A DNA stretch of 64,000 nt from contig CAZDCG010000002.1 of NCBI GenBank assembly GCA_964503955.1, positions 205,047-269,046 of the forward strand, read 5' to 3'. How positions within the stretch are numbered: position 1 is the stretch's first letter; each line of letters begins with the position of its first letter. Positions 17,838 to 26,505 of the stretch are shown piece by piece. The notes below the pieces were generated by a model. The model ran no database searches, was not told the origin of the DNA, and saw only the letters and a program-made list of their open reading frames with translations. This stretch comes from an uncultured Gammaproteobacteria bacterium. GTDB taxonomy: Bacteria > Patescibacteriota > Patescibacteriia > VMEV01 > CAYQCH01. Both the position numbers and the translations under genes were made by a program.

Positions 17838-19187
17838 ATGTCTTACTCAAGCCGAGACGGTCGACGACCAAATGAATACGCCAGCAAATCCTCACACGGG
17901 TACATTATTCGTGATCCGGAAGTTTCGGAGTTTTTGGATAAATGCAATCTGCCAAAAACGGCGGAAGAGGTTGACGTGCCGACTAACCTCCAATTCGATC
18001 TGGGGGCACCAGAAAACCCAATAAAACATATTATTGCTATTGATGGTGGTCGATCCGAAGTGTTCGTAAGGAAAGATTTTCCATCGTCCACACTCACGTT
18101 CTTTCAATTTGGCGCACTATTTTTCAAGACGGAAGACCTTGAAGCAATATCAAAAAAGGCGTTCATCGATCCGGAGGACATGGCAAAGCTCAACACTATC
18201 GAAAGGTACAAATTGGCTTTGCCAACAAAAAACATTCTCTTGAAGGATGCGGCCTCTTTCAAAGAATCATTCCGAAAGTCACTGTTTGATTTCTTTATGA
18301 AAGGGTTGAGTGGCGAGACTTTCGCAGAGACACTGCGCTGGCTCATCTTTCAGGAATTTGATACTCCAATTGATGGGTACAATCTTTCTACCTGCCCTAA
18401 TTGTGGCGCAAGTGATATTCTTCTAGGTACAAAAATAAAAAAGACTAACTTTTCGTACCAGTGTCCACACTGCAAGGGGGAGATATTTATTACTGATATT
18501 TTCCGCCTGCATGAGGCTATCGATGACGAGCTTGGTGCCGGTGGAGTCTTGGGGTACGTGAATGTACTGATCGAGCAGATCATTATCGTCTATTTGATTA
18601 AAGCAATATTAGAGACCAAACCTTCGATTCTGAGCGAAACACTTTTTATAAAAGACGGACCACTTGCATTCTTTGGTCAGACAGCAAACATGCAAAAGCC
18701 ATTGAGGAAATTGACCACCTTTCTTTCTGAAAAGCACAATCTTTTTCTTGCTGGTTTAGAGAAAAGCGGACCTTTCGTAGAGCATGCAGATGAAATCGGA
18801 AGAAAATTAATGCCAGGGACTGTCTTGCTTTTGGACAACGCTTATATCTATAAATACATTTTGCCCGGTAAGGTTGATAACACAGCCCCATACGCCCGAA
18901 GTTCTTACTACTCCGGAAAAATGATTTTTAAGTCAACAGACGGGAAAATATATGTAGTAACTATGCCTACCAAGAACGCCGAAGTCGTTTTAGCTCCCAA
19001 GAAAAGTGACTTTCATAATTTGGACGTCATCCTCGCTAACATCCAGAAATTACGTTGTGATATGTACGACAATTCGCTTTTCCCAGTAGCTCTTGCGAAC
19101 AAGCTTGTATCTCTCGCAAATCATCCAAGCTCAGCGATTCTTGAAAAATTTGCAAAGAAAACAATTACATCAAAAACGACTCTTTAG
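17838..19187 (+). CDS. Putative nuclease partner of the HerA-like ATPase. It may be NurA-like (RNase H-like fold) with an inserted zinc ribbon.
   Basis: 449 aa, 5 bp after the HerA-like gene. IIAIDGGRSEV resembles NurA motif I and FIKDGPLAFFG resembles the later D-G-x-L motif. A CPNCG...CPHCKG zinc ribbon is present. The family assignment is tentative. Confidence 0.4.
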   Translation: MSYSSRDGRRPNEYASKSSHGYIIRDPEVSEFLDKCNLPKTAEEVDVPTNLQFDLGAPENPIKHIIAIDGGRSEVFVRKDFPSSTLTFFQFGALFFKTEDLEAISKKAFIDPEDMAKLNTIERYKLALPTKNILLKDAASFKESFRKSLFDFFMKGLSGETFAETLRWLIFQEFDTPIDGYNLSTCPNCGASDILLGTKIKKTNFSYQCPHCKGEIFITDIFRLHEAIDDELGAGGVLGYVNVLIEQIIIVYLIKAILETKPSILSETLFIKDGPLAFFGQTANMQKPLRKLTTFLSEKHNLFLAGLEKSGPFVEHADEIGRKLMPGTVLLLDNAYIYKYILPGKVDNTAPYARSSYYSGKMIFKSTDGKIYVVTMPTKNAEVVLAPKKSDFHNLDVILANIQKLRCDMYDNSLFPVALANKLVSLANHPSSAILEKFAKKTITSKTTL

Positions 19188-19232
19188 TCGTGCTCTGGGA
19201 GCTTTCATTTAGGCTTTTTGTTTCGTAATAAT

Positions 19233-19278
19233 TTTTGACTGAGTTATGTATAGATAACCACAAATTACTGAGTCAAAA
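19233..19278. repeat. Imperfect 12-bp inverted repeat (TTTTGACTGAGT ... ACTGAGTCAAAA) in the convergent gap between the nuclease gene and the recombinase 3' end. It is either a bidirectional terminator or a recombinase site.
   Basis: One mismatch between arms and a 22-bp spacer. It overlaps the recombinase stop codon. Confidence 0.35.
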
Positions 19279-20599
19279 CCTTCCCATTCTTCAAAACTAA
19301 CTCACTACTCACGCACTCCAATACCGATCTTTGCTCTAAAACACTTCCGTCTCGCAGCACAAACTTGGCGTAGTCTTTGAGATCTATCGGTTCAATCTTT
19401 TCGGTCTTTTTCTTGCCCAAGAACATCGCTTGGAGCTTTTTAAACTTTTGAATCTCGCTGTCTAGTTTGGCGGTCAATTTCACCCTATCAAGGCTGATGG
19501 TGTCGACCATCTTTAACAATGCTTCAACTAGTTCTGTTTCGTTGAGAGCTGAATTTTTGCAATGCCTATCTTTGGATTTGGTACATCTGTAGTAGACATG
19601 GCGATTCACTCCTCCTGCTTTTATCTTCTTAAACTTCTCATCCGCTGTAATGCCAGATCCACATTCACCACACGTCATAAGACGTGTAAATGCAAATTCT
19701 TTCCCCTGTGATTTAATCACCTGTGATTTTATTGATTTGCGTGTTTCATCGAACAATTCTTTGGTTATTATTGGCTTGTGTTTCCCGTCATACCAAGCTC
19801 CACTTCCTTGAGGGAATTCAAACCGACCGTAATAAAACGTATTATCAATAATCTTAAAAACATTACCTAGGCTCAAATGAAAACCTCGATGTGTTTTAAA
19901 ATCAAGCTCGTATTTAAGCCATTTATGAACTCGTGAGACACTCCATTTTTCATAAGCGATTTTTTCAAATATCTGTCGTATTATCTCCGCTCGTTCAGGA
20001 TCCAGTTCAACTTCACATTTGGCGGTTCTATCATTCACTTTTCTGTAGCCTGTTGGTGGCTGAGCCGGCCATAACCCCATTTCACAGCGTGTTCTCATAC
20101 CTCGTTTAACATTGATACTCTTGTTATCATTTTCAAGCTTTGCTTGGCTACAAAGAATCATCAGCAAGAATTTATCACTTGGCGAATTGGTGAATGTCTG
20201 GCCAAATGTTTTTATCTGAATCAATTTTTTTTGATCCATTCGATCGACCAGTTTCCCCAGATCGCCAGCGTTTCGGCTTAAACGATCTGGAGCCCAGGTG
20301 ATAACTCCATCAAAAATTCCTGAATCAATATCTTTTACCAGTTCTTCAAAAACAGGTCTTGTCCCAGATTCTTTAGCCGAGTGGGATTCTCTACGAATTT
20401 CAGACACCAAAAGATTTTCTCGTTCCGCAATTTGCGTCATCTCCTTGATTTGAGAATCAATGGATAATGCCTGCTTTTCATCGCCCTCGGTGGATTTACG
20501 AGCGTATAAACAATATTTTAGGTTGGGTTGAGCTTCTGTCATGTATTTATTAATGACAGATACCAATACATCTGCTAAGTCTATGCAGAATAGCCCCAT
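19265..20599 (-). mobile_element. Large serine recombinase (phage/ICE-type integrase).
   Basis: The N-terminal resolvase catalytic domain has YARKSTEGDEKQALSIDSQ (serine nucleophile region) and DRLSRN. The C-terminal recombinase domain has the zinc ribbon CGECGSG...YYRC. The likely true start is at 20542 (MTEAQPNLKYCLYARKS). Confidence 0.8.
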
Positions 20600-20605
20600 T
20601 ATTGC

Positions 20606-21001
20606 CTAATCGTCCCGGTGTTTACGTGGGCGTTTCTTGGTTTTTTCTTCTGAAAAATTAACAAATTCTATTCTATTCACTTTCATATTTGTATTTAGGG
20701 TCTCAAAGAAGTTCTTTGGTCTCGGTTTAACGTATTTCTTCTTATTATTATTCAACCAATATTCGATCGCTCGCATACTTCCTGTTTTAATGTTGTTTAT
20801 CAGCTTGCTCTCAGCCAAGTCGCTTACTGATTCTGCCCCCATATCCAATGCTTCGTCCATTTGTTTCTTAAACTCTGGATCTTCTTTGCGCCAACGATAA
20901 ACAGAGTTTCTGGCTATGCCAACTTTTTCACACGCAGCCGAAACAATTGGGACCAGCTTCAGTTCTTCGATAAATTTTTTAGCTAATCGCGGCTTTTTCA
21001 T
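20606..21001 (-). CDS. Small HTH protein resembling a terminase small subunit or an excisionase-like regulator, co-transcribed with the serine recombinase.
   Basis: 131 aa. VGIARNSVYRWRKEDPEFKK is a typical HTH_23/TerS-like motif. Its stop lies 6 bp before the recombinase start. Confidence 0.45.
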   Translation of the reverse strand: MKKPRLAKKFIEELKLVPIVSAACEKVGIARNSVYRWRKEDPEFKKQMDEALDMGAESVSDLAESKLINNIKTGSMRAIEYWLNNNKKKYVKPRPKNFFETLNTNMKVNRIEFVNFSEEKTKKRPRKHRDD

Positions 21002-22264
21002 CTCCTTTTATGATAGTGGCTTTGCCCCCAGTTAAACGCTCCCAACGTCTGATGATCAAGTCACAGAAAACTGGTTCCAGCTCTATTCCATATACTCGTC
21101 GCTTAAGCTGCTCGCAAGCAATAAGGGTGCTTCCTGAGCCGGAAAAGCTGTCCAAGATTATTTCTCCCGGCTTGGTACAGCGTAATATCGCTTTTTGATG
21201 AAGCTGTGGGGGCTTGGAGGTCGCATGCTCGTAGTCTTGGCCTGCAAGCCTCTTTACACTCCAAATGTCGCTGATTTCTTCCAGCATGGCATTCCCTGTA
21301 GATATATCTTTGTTCAGCACCTCCGTTAAATTAGTCATGTTTTTAGCAATAGAGGGTTTGCCTCTTGTGCCATAAACGCATGGTTCATAACATTTATTGA
21401 AGGCTACGCCAGGGGTAGGATTATGGCCATTTTTAATCCACAAACAAACGCGCTTATTATCAATGCCTAGTTCTTGATAGAGAGTTTGTATCAACCAAAT
21501 ATATTTTTGATCGCACCAGTAGAAGATATGCGCATTCTGCTTACTGACCAAAAGTGCTGTTTCCATGCTTTTTTTAATAAGTTTACGGTAATCAGCCTCA
21601 CTTCTGTTATCTTGAACTGATCCGCCATAGCTTTTTTTACCACCAATGCCAGCGTTGTAATCGATTTGTATGTTATAGACAGGGTCGCTGTATATCATTG
21701 AAGCCGATTTCTCCTCGAATAATTTCTTCACCACAGTAGGATCAGTTGAATCACCGCATATCAGTCTGTGTTCACCCATGATAACCAGATCACCAAGTTG
21801 AGTTAGCGGCTCCTTTATCTTTTTCAACTCCTTTTCGATCTCAAAATCATCGTCGTTAACCTCGGAGTTCTCATTCCAATGGCTTGCCAGCTCCACAGGC
21901 TCGAAACCAACATCAACTAAGGTTTCCATCTCAAAAAGCTTTAGAAGCTCATAATCCCAAGTCCCGTCATTATGGTTGCTCTCTAGCGAAATCTTGTCTT
22001 TTTCCTCTGCGGTAAGAGCTCGATCAGGGACAAGAACTGTAACCTCTGTATCCCTAAATCTTTGAGAGCTTTTTTACGTTGATTTCCAGAAAGAATTACT
22101 CCTTCCGTATCAACTTTCAAAACGTCATGAAACCCTCGCTCACTAATTCTTTCCTTCAATTTGAGAAAAGAAGCTTTACTTATCTTTCTCGGATTGTTTT
22201 TCCAGAGTTTTAGGTCAGAAACCTTGCGTTTCTCTGGACGCCATACGATTGTCGGCTTAGACAT
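20979..22264 (-). pseudogene. ParB-like nuclease domain fused to a DNA methyltransferase (phage-type). It is split by a single frameshift near 22048-22052.
   Basis: The upstream ORF (21983-22264) encodes a ParB-N domain, ...ILSGNQRKKALKDLGI. A -1/+2 frame then continues TEVTVLVPDRALTAEEKDKISLESNHNDGTWDYELL into the methyltransferase ORF (20979-21929). That ORF carries motif IV IYSDPVYN and motif I LDSFSGSGST. An A6 homopolymer lies 20 nt upstream of the shift. Confidence 0.6.
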
Positions 22265-22461
22265 ATTTTTATGTACTTAATTGTTAATAAAAAAATACCC
22301 GCGAATGGTCCAGTTGACTGGACACACTCACGGGTATTTCCCTGCGAGGAGTATTGATTTGTGAGGTAAGTATATATGCACCCGTTGGGAGTGTAAAGGC
22401 CTTGTGCTAGCTCATACATTTGCTTGCTTTTTTGTATAAAATGATTTATACTCTTTATACT

Positions 22462-23082
22462 ATGATAAAAGATCTCAAAGAAAAAGATAAACGGGCGTTT
22501 GCCCTTATCCGCAATAAGCTCATCCATGGCGATCAAAGCCCCACATTACGGGAAATTAATGAGGTTACAGGCGGTAAATCTCCCCGTTCAGCAAGCCTTG
22601 TTGTCAATCGTCTAATAGATGCCGGTCTCATAAAAAAGGTCGGGAGAGATTTTGTTTTAACGGCACCACCTAAGGGAAATTCTATTAGCACCGTTGATGT
22701 TCCTCTCGTAGGAGCTGTTTCATGCGGAATGCCGGTGCTAGCAGAAGAGAACATTCAGGACTATATTCCTGTCTCCACAGCTATGGCGAAAAGTGGTAGC
22801 AAATATTTTCTGCTTCGCGCGATTGGTGATTCAATGAATGATGCTGGAATTAATCCTGGCGACCTTCTCCTTGTTCGACAACAGCCAACCGCTAACGACG
22901 GTGAAAAAGTAGTCGCTCTTATCAACGATGAAGCTACCGTGAAAGTCTTTGAGAAAGCAAAAGACGCCGTAATATTGAAACCAAAATCAAAAAACAAAGA
23001 ACATAAACCTATAATATTAACTGATGATTGCATGATCCAAGGTGTTGTTACTGCGGTACTTCCCGGGGATTTATGTGAGTAA
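22462..23082 (+). CDS. LexA-like repressor (wHTH plus S24 peptidase).
   Basis: 206 aa from the ATG at 22462. The S24 catalytic motifs are AIGDSMNDAGINPGDLLLV and a downstream Lys (KVFEK). The N-terminal domain is LexA-like. Confidence 0.7.
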   Translation: MIKDLKEKDKRAFALIRNKLIHGDQSPTLREINEVTGGKSPRSASLVVNRLIDAGLIKKVGRDFVLTAPPKGNSISTVDVPLVGAVSCGMPVLAEENIQDYIPVSTAMAKSGSKYFLLRAIGDSMNDAGINPGDLLLVRQQPTANDGEKVVALINDEATVKVFEKAKDAVILKPKSKNKEHKPIILTDDCMIQGVVTAVLPGDLCE

Positions 23083-23086
23083 ATAT

Positions 23087-23326
23087 ATGCCAAAGAAAAA
23101 TATACACACTGTGTACAACACAAGTAGAAAAATGTGGGAAACAAAAAAAGAAGGACAAAAGAAGTCCCTGGCAAGCTCTCGAACAAAGGCAACAGCTATG
23201 CAAAAGTCTGTTCGTGAAGCCAAAAAAGCTCAGGCTGAGCATGTCATTCATAATAAAGACGGTAAGATAAGAGATCAGGACAGTTACGGAAAAGACCCAA
23301 ACCCACCAAAAGATAAGAAGCACTAA
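23087..23326 (+). CDS. DUF2188-family small protein.
   Basis: 80 aa. MPKKNIHTVY...HVIHNKDGKIRDQDSYGKDPNPPKD matches the conserved DUF2188 pattern (xVVPxxGGWxV ... VHxxDGRIRxxxSYGxDPxPP). Confidence 0.5.
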   Translation: MPKKNIHTVYNTSRKMWETKKEGQKKSLASSRTKATAMQKSVREAKKAQAEHVIHNKDGKIRDQDSYGKDPNPPKDKKH

Positions 23327-23327
23327 T

Positions 23328-24218
23328 ATGACCTGGGAAGATACTTTTAAATCTTGGGGGGCTGCTCCAAGTACAACGGAGCAACAAAAGATGGAAAATG
23401 CGGAGACGGCCATAAGAAAAGCCATTGAAGCAAATTCTCAATTGTCGTGCATGGATATATCATTCATACCTCAAGGTTCTTATAAATCAAAAACGAATGT
23501 AAGGAACGATAGTGATGTTGATATTTGTGTTTGTTTAAATTCGACTTTTTTTCCCAGATATCCTATTGGTAAGACAAAGGAACATTACGGGAATATAGGT
23601 GGAACTATTACTTTTTCAGCTTTCAAGAACTTGGTTCAAAGAGCGCTCGAAGATTATTTTGGCAAGGAAAGTGTCGATCGCGGTAATAAAGCTTTTGATA
23701 TCCACTCAAACACGTACAGAGTCGATGCCGATGTCGTTCCTGCTTTTGCGTATAGGTATTATTACGATACAGGTTTCAAATGGCACGATCCTGAGGGTAT
23801 TTGCTTCTTAGCTGATGACGGCACAAAGATTATAAACTGGCCACACCAAGTCTACGAAAACTGCAAAAACAAACACACTGTAACAGGACAAAGATATCGC
23901 AAAGTAACAAGAATTTTAAAAAGACTAAGAAACAGGATGCAAGAGGAAGATATTATTGAAGCAAGAGATATTCCCTCATTTTTGATCCAAAGCATGGTGT
24001 GGGGAGCACCTGATGATCATTTCAATAGGGACACCTACTCTGCGGATGTTCGCGCTGTGCTTGCGCATTGTCATAACGAGACATTGCCAAACGGAAATCA
24101 CGCTGATCTGCGAGAAGTCAACAATATTAAACTAATTTACGGAACTCACCAGCCCTGTACAAGAGAAAGGGCTCACGCTTTTTTTGCTAAGTCATGGGAC
24201 TATATTGGATTTAAATAA
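23328..24218 (+). CDS. SMODS-domain nucleotidyltransferase (cGAS/DncV-like, CD-NTase-type), the CBASS-like cyclase.
   Basis: 296 aa. It has the GS...DxD motif (QGSYKSKTNVRNDSDVDICVCL) and a third acidic residue in YRVDADVVPAF. The N-terminal pattern is typical of SMODS. Confidence 0.6.
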   Translation: MTWEDTFKSWGAAPSTTEQQKMENAETAIRKAIEANSQLSCMDISFIPQGSYKSKTNVRNDSDVDICVCLNSTFFPRYPIGKTKEHYGNIGGTITFSAFKNLVQRALEDYFGKESVDRGNKAFDIHSNTYRVDADVVPAFAYRYYYDTGFKWHDPEGICFLADDGTKIINWPHQVYENCKNKHTVTGQRYRKVTRILKRLRNRMQEEDIIEARDIPSFLIQSMVWGAPDDHFNRDTYSADVRAVLAHCHNETLPNGNHADLREVNNIKLIYGTHQPCTRERAHAFFAKSWDYIGFK

Positions 24219-24222
24219 ACAC

Positions 24223-24846
24223 ATGGATAAGGTAAATGCCACGGTTAGGGTATATGTTCAAATTCTCGCTTTTCTTGTCATTTGGAGCATTACCATTCTC
24301 GTTACTAAAACGTATTCTGTTTTTGATTTTTGGACGGCAGTTAAATTAATCCCACAAGCAATTTCAGCCTACGCACTCTTAGGAATTATCTTTGTAAAAT
24401 GGCTCTGGCGTTTGAAGTTTTTACAAGGTTGGTTGATAAAAATACCAGATCTTCAAGGAACCTGGCGAGGCGAACTTAAAAGTGACTGGATAAACCCTGA
24501 AACTGGTAAGGGTATTGATCCAATACCTGTGCTTTTAGTTATCCGACAAACCTTTTCGAGTATTCAATGCACCATGATGACACGAGAATCCTCAAGTTAC
24601 AGTACCACCGCAAATATCAACGCCGCTCCTAATAGCGAAGACCTCTATTTAACATATAATTATACTAATAGACCTAAAGCGACGATCAGAGATAGAAGTG
24701 CAATTCATGATGGGGCCTCTATACTAAAGATTATCTCAAAACCAAATAGATTTCTTGAAGGAGAATATTGGACAAGTCGTAAAACCCGCGGGGAGATAGC
24801 ACTTGTTTTTGATTCAAAGGATCTTAAGGAAAAAATTGAGTTTTGA
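24223..24846 (+). CDS. Two-TM membrane effector with a beta-rich C-terminal domain (S-2TMbeta-like), the CBASS-like effector.
   Basis: 208 aa, starting 5 bp after the SMODS gene. Two TM helices (VRVYVQILAFLVIWSITILV and AISAYALLGIIFVKWLW) are followed by a beta-strand-rich region. Confidence 0.5.
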   Translation: MDKVNATVRVYVQILAFLVIWSITILVTKTYSVFDFWTAVKLIPQAISAYALLGIIFVKWLWRLKFLQGWLIKIPDLQGTWRGELKSDWINPETGKGIDPIPVLLVIRQTFSSIQCTMMTRESSSYSTTANINAAPNSEDLYLTYNYTNRPKATIRDRSAIHDGASILKIISKPNRFLEGEYWTSRKTRGEIALVFDSKDLKEKIEF

Positions 24847-25145
24847 AGCACTTAAAAAAGCAAAAGTGACGACAGCCCGTTACTTTTCATCTCTAATCCG
24901 TGTCACTTTTGTCACTATTTATGAGAGAGGATGATAAGTTGAACATGAAAAACTGGACTTATGAAGAGAGAGAAAATCTAATTGGATTCTTTGAATTATT
25001 GCTTGAAGTAGATAGACGAAATAACCCACATCTTTTCACTAAAAATAGCTCTCTCGAGAAGGGTCGAGTAGATAAACAAGGATAGAAGCCCAAAGGCCTT
25101 ACTGGGCAAGGAAATATTTTGGTCGCATCTCGAAAAGGCTCACCA

Positions 25146-25172
25146 CAAAAACCGCTCAAAGAGCGGTTTTTG
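25146..25172 (+). terminator. Rho-independent terminator.
   Basis: AAACCGCTC-aaa-GAGCGGTTT followed by TTTG. Confidence 0.6.
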
Positions 25173-25186
25173 TAATCTAGCGTCTA

Positions 25187-25210
25187 AGATCTACATCTGT
25201 ATCTAGATCT
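25187..25210. repeat. Inverted repeat AGATCTA-catctgtatc-TAGATCT, with further ATCTAG copies nearby. It is a candidate island boundary or recombination site.
   Basis: Perfect 7-bp arms lie about 340 bp after the last island gene, just after a terminator. GC composition returns to backbone values downstream. Confidence 0.35.
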
Positions 25211-25326
25211 AGGCAACGTCATAATCTTCTTCATGTTTTAGGTATAGATGCATATGCAGAATGTAAGATACAAATCCCGGTGCCGCTTCGTGGGATTATC
25301 TGATATAGTAAGACGGAACTTAAACG

Positions 25327-25899
25327 ATGAAGCATATGTCTGACAAGAAATTATTATCCTCTAAGCAGCGTGAAGAATTGCTGGCTGTGCTCAAGGCGCG
25401 TTTTGAAGAAAATAAGCATCGCCACAAAGGCATGGACTGGAAAAAGGTAGAAGCGAGGCTAAAAACCAAAGCAACAAAACTTTGGGCATTGAACCAAATG
25501 GAGAAAACGGGGGGCGAGCCCGATGTGGTTGGATTTGATAAGAAGAGCGGGGAATATCTCTTTGTGGATTGTTCTGAGGAAAGTCCGAAAGGCCGCCGAA
25601 GCCTCTGTTATGACCAGCAGGCCCTGAAAGATAGAAAGGAGCATAAGCCCAAAGACAGCGCTGTGCATATGGCAGAGTCTATGGGGATTGAGCTGTTGTC
25701 AGAGGACGAGTATCGAAAACTGCAACGGCTTGGAGAATTTGATGCGAAAACCTCAAGCTGGGTAAAGACACCTGCTGAGATCCGCAAGCTTGGCGGTGCG
25801 CTGTTTTGCGATCGCCGCTACGATATGGTTTTCATGTATCACAACGGTGCTCAATCTTACTACGCGGCCAGAGGGTTTCGAGGCTCTTTAAGAGTATAG
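25327..25899 (+). CDS. Hypothetical protein (DUF4256-like).
   Basis: 190 aa. The MK..LS.KQ.EELL..L..RFE.N..RH start resembles DUF4256. The assignment is uncertain. Confidence 0.35.
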   Translation: MKHMSDKKLLSSKQREELLAVLKARFEENKHRHKGMDWKKVEARLKTKATKLWALNQMEKTGGEPDVVGFDKKSGEYLFVDCSEESPKGRRSLCYDQQALKDRKEHKPKDSAVHMAESMGIELLSEDEYRKLQRLGEFDAKTSSWVKTPAEIRKLGGALFCDRRYDMVFMYHNGAQSYYAARGFRGSLRV

Positions 25900-25970
25900 C
25901 CATGCAGTGTCTGCCGCTGGTCTGGCAACGTTTTGCGCATTTGGTACATTTGGCCCCTTTAACCACGTTT

Positions 25971-26474
25971 ATGAGAGTCCCCAAACGCCGTTCTGAACAA
26001 TCAATCAAACGAGATGAAGGGCTTTTTCTTGTCACAAAAGAGGCGCTTGACCGTCTTCATAAAACGCTTGAGCGGCTTGAGAAATCACTGCCTAAGCTTA
26101 TTGCTGAAGTCGAGCATACAAAATCCCATGGTGATTTCTCCGAAAATGCTGCCTACCAGGATGCCAAAGCCACGCTCAGGCGCACGCATAACCGCATCGC
26201 GAGCCTCAAAGACCGCATCAAGCGCGCGGTACTCATTGAAAAAGGGCCGAGCTCCACGGGTGAAATACAGGTCGGCTCTACAGTCATTCTTGAAACAAAT
26301 GGAAGGCAAATTACTTTTGAAATTCTTGGATCCCATGAATCAGATCCCGGCCGCGGCCGCATTTCAAATCAATCTCCGCTTGGAAAGCTCTTGCTGGGTA
26401 AAAAACCAGGGGATCGCGTTGAGCTGACACTGCCGGAGCGCATGGTTTCGTATAAAATCCTCGAAGTTCGTTGA
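25971..26474 (+). CDS. greA: Transcription elongation factor GreA.
   Basis: The N-terminal coiled coil (LVTKEALDRLHKTLERLEK...) and the C-terminal FKBP-like domain (GEIQVGSTVILE...GRISNQSPLGKLLLGKKPGDRVEL) are present. Confidence 0.8.
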   Translation: MRVPKRRSEQSIKRDEGLFLVTKEALDRLHKTLERLEKSLPKLIAEVEHTKSHGDFSENAAYQDAKATLRRTHNRIASLKDRIKRAVLIEKGPSSTGEIQVGSTVILETNGRQITFEILGSHESDPGRGRISNQSPLGKLLLGKKPGDRVELTLPERMVSYKILEVR

Positions 26475-26505
26475 GGCTCTGTGATATACTTTCAAAAACA
26501 AAGAT

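Noticed and set aside
25806-25970. N-terminal extension of the greA ORF overlapping the preceding gene.
   Set aside because: The extension is Arg/Leu-rich and overlaps the DUF4256-like gene. GreA homology begins near 25971.
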